Shown here one piece after another: positions 9,752 to 18,095 of a stretch of DNA of 64,000 nt (the stretch's first letter is position 1; each line of letters starts with the position of its first letter). The DNA is from Gemmatimonadota bacterium (GTDB taxonomy: Bacteria > Gemmatimonadota > Gemmatimonadetes > Gemmatimonadales > GWC2-71-9): positions 1,820 through 65,819 of the forward strand of contig JANYAG010000025.1 of the NCBI GenBank assembly GCA_025361465.1, in the 5' to 3' direction. Both the position numbers and the translations under genes were made by a program. The notes under the pieces are model-generated. The model saw only the letters and a program-made list of their open reading frames with translations. It made no database searches and was not told where the DNA came from.

Positions 9752-11140
9752 ATGACGCTGAACGCCAAAGACCTCTGGAAGCGTGTTCTCGAGGGGGCGA
9801 AGCGTGATATACCCGAAGCCATGATCCATACCTGGCTCCTGCCCACCGTACCCCTTTCCTTCGAGGGCGGGACCTTGGTCGTCAGCACCCCCGACGATTT
9901 TGCCAAGCGCTGGAACGAGGAGAAGTACGCCGTAGCGCTGACGGGTGTGGCCACCGAGGCCGCCGGTGAAAACGTCTCCGTGGTCTTTGAAGTCGCCGCC
10001 GAACGCCAGAAGCGGCCCCAGATGGACCTCTTCGTCCCCGCGGCAACGCCAGGCGTGCAACAGGCGCCGGCGGCACCAACCAATCCCAGCGCCCAGCCGC
10101 TCAATCCACGCTACGTCTTCGACACCTTTGTCATCGGCAAGTCCAACGAGCTCGCCGCCGCCGCGCACGCCGTGGCCACCGCGCCGGGCAAGCAGTACAA
10201 CCCGTTCTTCATCTACGGCCCGACCGGTTTGGGGAAGACCCACCTCATGCAGGCGATCGCGCACGAGGTCAGTGCCCGAAATCCCGGCACCCGGGTCCTC
10301 TACGTCGGGGCCGAGCAGTTCATCAACGAGGTGATCGAAGGGATCCACGGCCGCACCATGGCCGACCTGCGCAAGCGCTACCGGAACGATGTCGACCTCT
10401 TCCTGGTCGACGACGTCCATTTCCTCGAGGGGAAGGAAGCGACGCAGGAGGAGTTCTTTCACACTTTCAACGCCATCTACGAGGGCGGCAAGCAGATCGT
10501 CCTCACCTCCGACCGGCCGCCGAAGGAGATTCCTGGCCTGGAGGCCCGCCTTGTCTCCCGCTTCGAGTGGGGGATGGTCGCTGACGTCAAGCAGCCCGAT
10601 CTCGAGCACCGGATCGCCATCCTGCGGAAGAAGCAGGAGCAGGACCATCTTGAGACCACCATTCCCGACGACGTCCTCCGGTTTATCGCCGAGAGCGTCC
10701 GCTCCAATGTCCGGGAACTGGAAGGGTGCATCATCAAGCTCCTCCTGTACGCCTCATTGCGACACAAGGAGATCTCGATCGAGCTGGCCCGCGAGGCCCT
10801 GGCAGACAAGCTCCGCCCCGGCGATGATGCCGACGCCAAGCACCGGACCCTGCCGACCATCGAGAAGGTCCAGGAGGTCGTGGCGCGCCGCTGGGGGGTC
10901 ACGCCCGAGGGGCTCCGCTCCAAGGCCCGGATCAAGACGCTGACAGTGCCGCGACAGATCGCCATGTTCCTGGCGCGCGAGCTCCTGCAGATGCAACTGG
11001 TCGAGATCGGCCAGGCCTTCGGTGGCCGCGATCACTCGACCGTGATTCACAGTGTCGATAAAGTTCAGTCACAACTCGGCCGCGATCGCCAGTTTCGTGA
11101 GCGCGTAGATTCGGCACGGCAGGAGTTGTTGACAGTCTAG
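9752..11140 (+). CDS. dnaA: Chromosomal replication initiator protein DnaA
   Basis: ATG at 9752 ([14 protein letters not shown]...). Walker [14 protein letters not shown]+ core, C-terminal box-binding helix (..[12 protein letters not shown]..). Confidence 0.95.
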   Translation: MTLNAKDLWKRVLEGAKRDIPEAMIHTWLLPTVPLSFEGGTLVVSTPDDFAKRWNEEKYAVALTGVATEAAGENVSVVFEVAAERQKRPQMDLFVPAATPGVQQAPAAPTNPSAQPLNPRYVFDTFVIGKSNELAAAAHAVATAPGKQYNPFFIYGPTGLGKTHLMQAIAHEVSARNPGTRVLYVGAEQFINEVIEGIHGRTMADLRKRYRNDVDLFLVDDVHFLEGKEATQEEFFHTFNAIYEGGKQIVLTSDRPPKEIPGLEARLVSRFEWGMVADVKQPDLEHRIAILRKKQEQDHLETTIPDDVLRFIAESVRSNVRELEGCIIKLLLYASLRHKEISIELAREALADKLRPGDDADAKHRTLPTIEKVQEVVARRWGVTPEGLRSKARIKTLTVPRQIAMFLARELLQMQLVEIGQAFGGRDHSTVIHSVDKVQSQLGRDRQFRERVDSARQELLTV

Positions 11141-11380
11141 TAACACTGTGTATCAGTGCCACGTTGAAGACGTTGGCGAGTGCGGAAACCGGTGGGGAAC
11201 TCAGTTACTGCTCCCCATCACCCACAACCTCTCCACCGTCACCAAATACTGTAGCAGGATGTGGTGGTTACACTTGAGGAGTTGGTCCACACTCACCAAC
11301 CCTCTACTACTACGACTAGAGTCTTTTATTACTAATTACAGTAGTGCTTTTAGCAGCGACTTCGGCCCATCGGGGACTCC
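11141..11380. other. Probable oriC (dnaA-dnaN spacer)
   Basis: 240-bp non-coding spacer. Three 2-mismatch DnaA-box-like 9-mers (11147-55, 11218-26, 11283-91), a CTA-triplet run and a strongly AT-rich block. Confidence 0.6.
11283..11353. other. Candidate origin unwinding module: box-like 9-mer, DnaA-trio-like run, AT-rich DUE
   Basis: TGGTCCACA (11283-91). CTA CTA CTA CGA CTA (11304-18), whose complement reads 3-prime-GAT-5-prime four times. A 32-nt block at 11322-53 has 8 G/C by my count. Confidence 0.5.
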
Positions 11381-12493
11381 ATGAAGTTCACCATCACACG
11401 TGAGCAGCTGCAGGAGGGACTCGTCGCTGTTGCGGCGGCTGTTCCCACCAAGACCACGCTGCCTGTGCTGGCCAATATCCTTCTCGAAGCCACCAAGGAC
11501 GGATTGCGGCTCTCTGGCACCGACCTCGACATCGCCGTCGGTACCATCGTTCCGGCGGCCGTTGACCAGGAAGGGGCGATCACCCTTCCGGCCCGCAAGC
11601 TGCTCGAGCTGGTGCGTGAATTGCCCAGTGCTGGTATCCGCTTCACGACACAAGGCGAGCAGCGGGTGAACATCGAGTGCGGCCGATCGAAGTTCAAACT
11701 CCTCGGCCTTCCGCGCGAGGAATTCCCGGCATTCCCGCAGGTCACCTTCGATGGCGCCTCCAAGACCACCGCCCGCGACCTCCAGAAGCTCGTGGCACAC
11801 GTCGCGTTCGCTGCCAGCACCGAAGAGAGCCGCCCGATCCTCAACGGCGTCCTGTGGCAGCTGATGCCCGACCGGATGCGCATGGTTGCCACCAACGGTC
11901 ACCGCCTGGCGAAGATGGAAGTGCCGCTGCAGGCAGGAAATGGCCAGAGCGCCGAACTGATCGTGCCACCCAAGGCCCTCGAGCAAATCCGCAAGCTTTT
12001 CGGCCCGGACGATGAAATCGAAATCGGCCGCTCCGACAACCATCTCGGCTTCCGCTCGGCGACAACCCAGGTCTTTACCCGACTGATCGAAGGGCCATAT
12101 CCGAACTATGAGCAGGTGATTCCGCGCGAGAATGACAAGGTGGCCACCACCGACAAGGCGACCTTGATGGCCGCGCTTCGCCGGATGAGTATCGTGGCCA
12201 GCGAGCAGACCCACCGGATCCGGATGTCCTTCGGTGACGGCTCCTGCCGCCTCTCGGTCACCACACCGGACCTTGGCGAGGCCCAGGAAGAAATCACCGT
12301 CTCCTACGAGGGCGAGCCGCTCGATATCGGCTTCAACGCCAACTACCTGCTCGAAGTCCTGAAGTACATCCCCACCGACGAAGTGCGGATGACCCTCAAG
12401 GCGCCAGAGCGCGCCGCGACGGTCGAGCCGGTCGGCTGGGATGACCCGGCGGCCTACCTGACCCTGGTGATGCCGTTGCGACTGCTCGACTGA
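11381..12493 (+). CDS. dnaN: DNA polymerase III beta sliding clamp
   Basis: 370 aa. MKFTITREQLQEGL..., three-domain length, canonical position after dnaA. Confidence 0.95.
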   Translation: MKFTITREQLQEGLVAVAAAVPTKTTLPVLANILLEATKDGLRLSGTDLDIAVGTIVPAAVDQEGAITLPARKLLELVRELPSAGIRFTTQGEQRVNIECGRSKFKLLGLPREEFPAFPQVTFDGASKTTARDLQKLVAHVAFAASTEESRPILNGVLWQLMPDRMRMVATNGHRLAKMEVPLQAGNGQSAELIVPPKALEQIRKLFGPDDEIEIGRSDNHLGFRSATTQVFTRLIEGPYPNYEQVIPRENDKVATTDKATLMAALRRMSIVASEQTHRIRMSFGDGSCRLSVTTPDLGEAQEEITVSYEGEPLDIGFNANYLLEVLKYIPTDEVRMTLKAPERAATVEPVGWDDPAAYLTLVMPLRLLD

Positions 12494-12503
12494 CCCTGGT
12501 CAT

Positions 12504-12528
12504 GGGGCGGAGGGAGCTCCCTCCGCCC
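12504..12528 (+). terminator. GC-rich hairpin after dnaN (no U-tract)
   Basis: GGGGCGGAGGGAG/CTCCCTCCGCCC near-perfect palindrome starting 11 nt after the dnaN stop. Confidence 0.4.
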
Positions 12529-12594
12529 TCGCTACGCTCGGGGTCGGAACCAGGAAGCCAGAGATCCCTCATCCTGAGCGAAGCGAAGGACCTC
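12526..12594. repeat. REP-like palindromic element (copy 3, arms in swapped order)
   Basis: CCCTCGCTACGCTCGGGG ... CCCTCATCCTGAGCGAAGCGAAGGACCTC. The arms are mutually complementary (about 14/17). Confidence 0.7.
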
Positions 12595-12633
12595 TTCCCC
12601 GCAGAACAGCGAATTCCCGTCTGGAGCACCACC

Positions 12634-14559
12634 ATGATTCGCCCGACCCTCCTCGCGCTCTCGCTCTCACTCGCCGTTGTCGTTCCGCTCTCCGCCCAAC
12701 AGAAGAAGCCGGTCGCCAAGCCGGCCGCGGCGGCAGCGAAGACCGTCTGGCCCGACGAGGGCCCGCTCAAGTGGGCGCCACGACCGACCGAGACGGCGAT
12801 CACCGCCAATGACCTCCGGACGCGACTCTACCAGATCTCCGACGACTCGATGCAGGGTCGCCGGATCGGAGAACTTGGCAACTACAAGACCACCACCTAC
12901 ATCGCCGCCGAGTTCAAGCGGATGGGGCTCAAGCCAGCGGGCGACAGCGGCACCTGGTTCCAGAATCTTCCCTACGGCTTCACCAGCTTCGACGCAGCGG
13001 CCAGGTTGACGGTGGGCGGTGTCCCGCTCACGGCAAAGCGCGACTGGATTCCCACCGTGCCCACCGTGGCGAACGGCGCCGGAGCGAAGATCGAGCTCCC
13101 CAGTACGCCAACCGTGTTTGCTGGTCGGATGGGTGACACCGCCGTGGTGCTTGATCCTGCCCTCTTCCGCGGAAAAGTGGCGGTGTTCATCGCGCCGGCG
13201 AGTGCCGGTGGCGGAGCCGGTCGCGGTGCTGGCGGCGGGTCGGCTACGGTTTGTGCGCCGGACCAGGGGTGGCCGAACCAGCGCGGTGCGGCGTTCGCAC
13301 TCACACCAGTGGTTCCTGCTGCCGGCCGCGGCGCCGCCGCGCCGGCGGCCGGGGCAGGTGGGCGCGGGGCAGGTGGGCGCGCTGGCGGTGGCGGGCGGGG
13401 TGGTGCCGCCGCAGCGCGCGACCCGCGACCGGCGACCCTTGGCCTCGCCGGCCTGCTGCTCTCCCAGGAAACGATCAGCCCGGCAGCCGTCAGCGCGGCA
13501 TTCGGCCAGGGCCGCGGCAGCATGCGCCCCCTCACAGCGCTGAGCGCGACAGGCATCGCTGCAGCCACCATCACCACCGAGACGGCCGTCAGGCTCTTCG
13601 GCAAGCCACTGGATCAGCTCACGATCGGAACCCAGGGACAACCGGTGTCAGCCAGCTGGAACTTCGCCTGGCGAATGTCGCCGACGCCGGGACGCAACGT
13701 GATCGCCCTCTTGCCCGGCTCTGATCCGGCGCGTGCGACGGAGTACGTCCTGGTTGGCGCGCACAACGACCACAACGGCGTGAACGCCACCGCAGTGGAC
13801 CACGACTCGTTGCGGGCCTGGAACACCGTCATGCGTCCCGACGGCGCCAACGCCAGTGTGAATTGCCGGCCCAATGAAGTACAGCAACACCTGATTGATT
13901 CGTTGATTGCCCGCGCTCGCACTATTCGCCCGCCGCGCCGCGACTCGATCATGAACGGCGCCGACGACGACGGCTCTGGCACCGCAGTGCTCCTGGAGAT
14001 CGCCGAACAGTTCGCCAAGGAACATCCGGCGCGCTCGATCATCTTCATCTCGCACCAGGGCGAAGAGGCCGGCATGCTCGGCTCGGGATGGTTCACCGAG
14101 CATCCGACCGTTCCGCTCGATTCGGTGGTTGCAGCACACAACATGGACATGGTGGGCAAGGGCCGAGTGATCGACGTGGCAATGGGGGGACCGAATTCGG
14201 TGCAGACTCTCGGCGCCCGCCGCCTCGCGTCGCAGTTTGGCGACATCATCGATTCGGTCAACGCGATTGCCAAGGAGCCAATGGCCATTGATCGGACCTG
14301 GGACGTCTTCGCCAATCCGCTGAATCGATTCTGTCGCAGCGACCAGGTGAATTACGTCGCCCACAACGTCCCGGTCACCTACTTCTCGACCGGCTATTCC
14401 CGCGACTACCACCAAGCGACCGATGAACCGCAATACATCGACTACGATCACGCTGCACGCCTGGGGCGTTTCGTCCACAACGTCATGACGGCGGTTGCCG
14501 ACCGGAAGGACCGGCCGAAGATCGACGGGCCGGACTTGAGCTACCCGCAGTGCCGATAG
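12634..14559 (+). CDS. M28-family metallopeptidase (aminopeptidase-like), secreted
   Basis: ATG at 12634 gives the signal peptide MIRPTLLALSLSLAVVVPLSAQ. GADDDGSGTAVLLEIAE and HQGEEAGMLGSGW match M28 metal-ligand motifs. The track's upstream extension reads through a repeat. Confidence 0.8.
   Translation: MIRPTLLALSLSLAVVVPLSAQQKKPVAKPAAAAAKTVWPDEGPLKWAPRPTETAITANDLRTRLYQISDDSMQGRRIGELGNYKTTTYIAAEFKRMGLKPAGDSGTWFQNLPYGFTSFDAAARLTVGGVPLTAKRDWIPTVPTVANGAGAKIELPSTPTVFAGRMGDTAVVLDPALFRGKVAVFIAPASAGGGAGRGAGGGSATVCAPDQGWPNQRGAAFALTPVVPAAGRGAAAPAAGAGGRGAGGRAGGGGRGGAAAARDPRPATLGLAGLLLSQETISPAAVSAAFGQGRGSMRPLTALSATGIAAATITTETAVRLFGKPLDQLTIGTQGQPVSASWNFAWRMSPTPGRNVIALLPGSDPARATEYVLVGAHNDHNGVNATAVDHDSLRAWNTVMRPDGANASVNCRPNEVQQHLIDSLIARARTIRPPRRDSIMNGADDDGSGTAVLLEIAEQFAKEHPARSIIFISHQGEEAGMLGSGWFTEHPTVPLDSVVAAHNMDMVGKGRVIDVAMGGPNSVQTLGARRLASQFGDIIDSVNAIAKEPMAIDRTWDVFANPLNRFCRSDQVNYVAHNVPVTYFSTGYSRDYHQATDEPQYIDYDHAARLGRFVHNVMTAVADRKDRPKIDGPDLSYPQCR
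13351..13380 (+). repeat. Perfect 15-nt tandem duplication inside the M28 peptidase Gly/Ala/Arg-rich insert
   Basis: GGGGCAGGTGGGCGC occurs twice in tandem, encoding GAGGR-GAGGR within ...AAGAGGRGAGGRAGGGGRGGAAAARD... Confidence 0.85.
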
Positions 14560-14586
14560 GCGCACGGAGCTGAATACCGAACGACC

Positions 14587-14671
14587 GTCATTCTGAGCGC
14601 AGCGAAGAATTTGCGTGGCGGCCGTTCGCCGAAGTTCGACCACGCATACCCTTCGCTACGCTCAAGGAGAC
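14587..14671. repeat. REP-like palindromic element (copy 4)
   Basis: GTCATTCTGAGCGCAGCGAAGAATTTGCGTGG, a loop of about 21 nt, then CCACGCATACCCTTCGCTACGCTCAAGGAGAC. Lies between convergent genes. Confidence 0.8.
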
Positions 14672-14692
14672 CCGCCTTCCTGTCGCCTCGTC

Positions 14693-15520
14693 TCAACCAC
14701 CACCGCTCACGGAATCCACCCCCGCCACCACTCCGGTGTCGATGGGCACCACCACCGGGTGCCCCATGAGCCGCTGGAAGATCAGGTCCTTCCGCCAGTT
14801 CATTCTGCCTGGGCGGTAGTTCGGATTACTACTACGCGGAAATGGTAGTAATCCGGCAAGCGTCGCCGCGTGTTCCGCCGAAAGCTGCCTGGCCCCGGTC
14901 CCGAAATAGACCCGACTGGCCGCTTCCGCTCCCCAGACCTCACTCCCCATTTCCGCCGTGTTGAGATAGAGCTCGAGAATCCTCTCTTTCGGTAGCCAGA
15001 GCTCGAGCCGCCAGCCCGTGACCGCCTCTTTCACCTTTCGGAGCGGATTTCGCGATGGCGAGAGGTAGAGGTTCTTGGCCAGTTGCTGGGTGATGGTGCT
15101 GGCCCCGCGAGCCCTCTTCGTGCCGCCAACTGTTCGACGTGCTGCGCGCCAGAGTTCGCCGCGGTCCCGGGCACTGCCCCAGGAGAAGGAATCTCGCGGA
15201 AAGCCCATCGCGTGGCGCACTTCGACCCAGTCGAACACCCCGTGATCGTAGAAACGATTGTCCTCGCCGATCAGGATGGCCTTCTTGAGGACCGGTGCGA
15301 TCTGGGCGAGCGGAACGGGCTGGTATTTCCGCTTGGCCGCCGCCACCGGATCAGCGTGGCGCCGCATGGCCATGAACGCCGTCTCCCGCGGGAAATAGAA
15401 GCGATACCAGAGCGGAGGTGGCCAGACGGCGAAGAGCCACAGCACGAACAGCCCCGCAGCCAGGAGGACGCCGAGGAAAAGCGTCCGACCGAGGGAGCGC
15501 TTCCTAGGGGGCGATATCAC
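14693..15520 (-). CDS. mtgA: Monofunctional biosynthetic peptidoglycan transglycosylase (GT51)
   Basis: 275 aa. N-terminal TM, EDNRFYDH, ASTITQQLAKNLYLS and RKVKEA motifs of the GT51 glycosyltransferase domain. No transpeptidase domain. Confidence 0.85.
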   Translation of the reverse strand: MISPPRKRSLGRTLFLGVLLAAGLFVLWLFAVWPPPLWYRFYFPRETAFMAMRRHADPVAAAKRKYQPVPLAQIAPVLKKAILIGEDNRFYDHGVFDWVEVRHAMGFPRDSFSWGSARDRGELWRAARRTVGGTKRARGASTITQQLAKNLYLSPSRNPLRKVKEAVTGWRLELWLPKERILELYLNTAEMGSEVWGAEAASRVYFGTGARQLSAEHAATLAGLLPFPRSSNPNYRPGRMNWRKDLIFQRLMGHPVVVPIDTGVVAGVDSVSGGG

Positions 15521-15737
15521 GGAAACTGACTCGGCTTCGAATAAGGCGGACAGTTGGCACCAGTTGATGCGATGACGGAACGCTGATCAGGACGTTCATC
15601 GAGTCCGCCCTGGTGACCAGCCGAATTTGACCGTTCCTTGACAGGTAGTACATGTAACTACGACTACAATGCCCTGTCATGGTCATCGCCGCCCCTGCTC
15701 CAGCTCCCTTGCCAGACTGCTCCAGGTTGCCCGCAAC

Positions 15738-15765
15738 CCGCCGCCGGTCTGCAACCGACGGCGGG
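15738..15765 (-). terminator. Hairpin downstream of the 15790-16551 gene
   Basis: CCCGCCGCCGGT / ACCGACGGCGGG arms (one mismatch), 5-nt loop, about 25 nt after the stop. No clear U-tract. Confidence 0.35.
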
Positions 15766-15789
15766 ACAGGTCCGAATCATTCCGTGGCC

Positions 15790-16551
15790 CTAGTTGAGCA
15801 GTGTCAGCGTCAGGCTCGAGATCGCGGTGACAGGAATCGGCTCCGGAGCAGCGGCGACCGTCACCAGCAAGGCTTGCTGGGACGAGAGCGTCGCCCGGCG
15901 CGATGGACCACCGGCGGGAGAGGTGACGGTCAGCTTGCTCGTGCTGGTACCGGAGATCTGCTGCTCCCCACCCTCCATGCTCACCTTTCCGTTGCCGCTG
16001 CCTTCCACCGTGATGGCGTCACCCTCGGCCCCGGTCACCTTCCAGTCCGTCACGACCGTCGTGTTCTGGGTCGCGCCGGTCGCTGCCTTGTTGCTGGAAT
16101 TGGTGGTGTCCACCCAGCCGTTGCCTGCCTTCATCCCGCCGCGGGTGCCGGCGAACAGCAGTGACAGGGTCTGCCGTGCCAAACCGGTGGCCTGGGTCTC
16201 GATGGAGAGCTTGGCGTTGTCCTTGACCTTGCCATCGACGACGTAGGCGTGGATGGTCGCCCCCTTCGCTGAATCCGCCGCCGCCTGATTGAACGCCATC
16301 TGCATCTGGCCGGTGGCCTCGAACATCATCGAATCGATCACGACGTGGGCGAGCTTGCCGCCCGTGGTGTCCATCATCGTCAGGCTGATAAAGATCTTGG
16401 CCGTGAGTTCGGTAACCTGTGGTGGTTGACCGAAGGCGGTCAGGTCAACTTCCTGGCGCGACTTCGCGTCGATACGGTAGTGCAACGGCGCAGCCGGAAC
16501 GACCGGCTTGACTGGGCCGAGGCCCGCCAGCGCAATGAGAACTGCCAGCAT
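15790..16551 (-). CDS. Hypothetical secreted/periplasmic protein
   Basis: Internal ATG at 16551 gives the signal-like MLAVLIALAGLGPV. Thr/Gly/Ser-rich, beta-rich sequence. No family recognised. Confidence 0.5.
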   Translation of the reverse strand: MLAVLIALAGLGPVKPVVPAAPLHYRIDAKSRQEVDLTAFGQPPQVTELTAKIFISLTMMDTTGGKLAHVVIDSMMFEATGQMQMAFNQAAADSAKGATIHAYVVDGKVKDNAKLSIETQATGLARQTLSLLFAGTRGGMKAGNGWVDTTNSSNKAATGATQNTTVVTDWKVTGAEGDAITVEGSGNGKVSMEGGEQQISGTSTSKLTVTSPAGGPSRRATLSSQQALLVTVAAAPEPIPVTAISSLTLTLLN

Positions 16552-16710
16552 TCCTGGTCTCTCCGAGTGGACGCGCCCGCACGGACGCGTGGGATGATCA
16601 CGACGGCCCAGAGCCTTTCCGGGCCGCATACCGCCCTTCCTTTCCCTTCCGAAACTAGCCGCGGGGGCCGTACGGGGCATCTGGGGCGTTTGTGTCGGTG
16701 GGAAGCGCAC

Positions 16711-16744
16711 GGCGCCCCACGCCGTGTTCATGGCATGGGGCGCC
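16711..16744 (-). terminator. Hairpin immediately 3-prime of rnpB
   Basis: On the minus strand GGCGCCCCA-16 nt-TGGGGCGCC (9-bp perfect stem) directly follows the P1 3-prime strand. Confidence 0.5.
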
Positions 16745-17112
16745 CGGGTCAGACCGTAAGCCGAGTTCTGTTTCCCTCACGGGAGATGATCATCTGTCTG
16801 GGACAGTCGTCGCCGACTGCCTCGAGCAGCCTACCCGCGGCTCAAACGGTGCGGGCCGCACCTTGCCGCCTATTTGGCCTTGCTCCGACCGGGGGTTACC
16901 GTGCCCCCACGCTTACACGAGGGGCGGTGGGCTCTTACCCCACCGTTTCACCCTTACCTGTACCCTTTCGGGCCATCGGCGGTCTACTCTCTGTTGCCCT
17001 GTCCGTCACCTTGCGGTGCCCAGGCGTTACCTGGCGATCTGCCCTGTGGAGCTCGGACTTTCCTCGACCCCTCGTTGCCTCGGGGCCGCGATCATCGCGT
17101 CCAACCCGTCCC
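16741..17112 (-). ncRNA. rnpB: RNase P RNA, bacterial type A
   Basis: The minus strand reads GAGGAAAGTCCGAGCTCCACAGGGCAG..GCCAGGTAACGCCTGGG..ACAGAGAGTAGACCGCCGATGGCC..GGTAAGGGTGAAA..AGCAAGGCCAAATAGG..ACAGAACTCGGCTTAC. P1 pairs CGGGTTGGAC with GTCTGACCCG. Confidence 0.9.
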
Positions 17113-17240
17113 CGAACATAGCCCCGTTCCCCGCGGTGCGTCATGCGGTGCCGACGAGGCGACATCGGGAAGCCCTGGGGGTTGAGGAGCGGTTGAACCG
17201 TCGCTGCCATCGTCCCAGGACCCTTAACCGAGGTCCCCCG

Positions 17241-18080
17241 ATGTCGCATTCGACGACCCCTATCATTGCCGCCGTCCTCGAACCGACCGAGCGGAGCCGA
17301 GTCGAAGCGGCCGGGAGCGGGCGATTCTCCCTTGTTCACCGGGAATCGATTCGCGAGGCCATCCGGGTGGTGCGCGAACGGCCGGTTGACGCGATGCTGG
17401 TCTCGGTGCGCCGTTGTGCCGCCGACGCCCCTGCCCTGCTCGAGCAATTCGTCCGCGCCTTTCCGAGGGTGCCGACGGTGGCGCTGGTCACCTCGCGTGA
17501 GCCCGGCGACGCCGAAGCGCTCTTGCGACTCGGCGCCACCGGCGTGCGGCAGGTGGTCGATGCGACCGATGCCAACGGCTGGCGGCGACTGCGCGAAGTG
17601 CTAGGCGCCCCTCCCGTCGAACGCGCTCAGGCAATCCTCGGACCGGTGCTCGATACCATCGGCACGATGTCACCCGGCGCGCAGCGATTCTGGGAAGAAC
17701 TGGTGCGGACCGCACCCGAAACCACCACGATTCGCCAACTGGCGCAGCGACTCGCCACGACACCATCCACTTTCGTCTCGCGATTTGTCCGCGCCGGATT
17801 GCCGAGCCCGAAAGACCATCTCGTGGCCGTCCGGCTCTGTCATGCGGCCAAGCTCTTTGACGAGGGAGATTTCAACGTGGCCGACGTGGCCTATCGGTTG
17901 GAGTACGCCTCACCACAATCGTTTGGGCGGCACCTGCGCGTGGTGCTTGGGATCACGCCGAGCGAGTTCCGGGCGCGCTTTCCGTTCGCCATGGTTCTCG
18001 ATCGCTTTCTTGATCGTTTCGTACGGCCACATGTCGTGTTGTGGCGGACATTCCGTCCGCTGGCGCCGGGAAGGGGATGA
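17241..18080 (+). CDS. AraC-family transcriptional regulator with N-terminal receiver-like domain
   Basis: ATG at 17241 (MSHSTTPIIAAV...). C-terminal HTH pair (IRQLAQRLATTPSTFVSRF..; VADVAYRLEYASPQSFGRHLRVVLGITPSEFR). The upstream part of ORF 16692 overlaps rnpB. Confidence 0.75.
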   Translation: MSHSTTPIIAAVLEPTERSRVEAAGSGRFSLVHRESIREAIRVVRERPVDAMLVSVRRCAADAPALLEQFVRAFPRVPTVALVTSREPGDAEALLRLGATGVRQVVDATDANGWRRLREVLGAPPVERAQAILGPVLDTIGTMSPGAQRFWEELVRTAPETTTIRQLAQRLATTPSTFVSRFVRAGLPSPKDHLVAVRLCHAAKLFDEGDFNVADVAYRLEYASPQSFGRHLRVVLGITPSEFRARFPFAMVLDRFLDRFVRPHVVLWRTFRPLAPGRG

Positions 18081-18095
18081 GCAGCGAGAAGCGAA
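18069..18095 (+). repeat. Purine-rich GAAGGGGA...GCGAGAAGCGA element (copy 1)
   Basis: GGAAGGGGATGAGCAGCGAGAAGCGAAC spans the regulator's TGA stop. The 16-mer GAGCAGCGAGAAGCGA is identical to the reverse complement of 23896-23911. Confidence 0.75.

Noticed and set aside
14815-14865. Low-GC codon patch with a 10-bp inverted repeat GGATTACTAC-N12-GTAGTAATCC inside mtgA, a similar ~120-nt low-GC patch inside rnd (about 29235-29350), and recurrence of TACTAC/GTAGTA in every AT-rich patch.
   Set aside because: Both patches encode conserved protein segments. My rough estimate for two-thirds GC is about 10 chance TACTAC hits on both strands and several chance 10-bp inverted repeats in 64 kb. I cannot show enrichment without computation.
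15636-15682. AT-rich segments flanked by TGACAG...CTGTCA inverted ends (15636-15682 and 42503-42582), and a shared 10-mer ACTACGACTA with the oriC trio run. Considered as MITE-like elements or secondary DnaA-trio sites.
   Set aside because: The arms are only 6-7 bp. The internal sequences are not alignable. There are no target-site duplications and only two loci. More likely promoter or terminator sequences of the adjacent genes.
15679-16164. 161-aa plus-strand ORF downstream of a TTGACA...TACAAT-like sequence.
   Set aside because: It overlaps the better-supported minus-strand gene 15790-16551. Its translation is Arg/Gly/Ala-rich low complexity. The -35/-10 spacing is 21 nt.
16345-17240. Protein ORFs 16345-17121, 16874-17185, 16935-17447 and the first 183 codons of 16692-18080.
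   Set aside because: The region is explained by RNase P RNA on the minus strand and its flanks. The translations are Pro/Arg/Ser-rich with no family resemblance.
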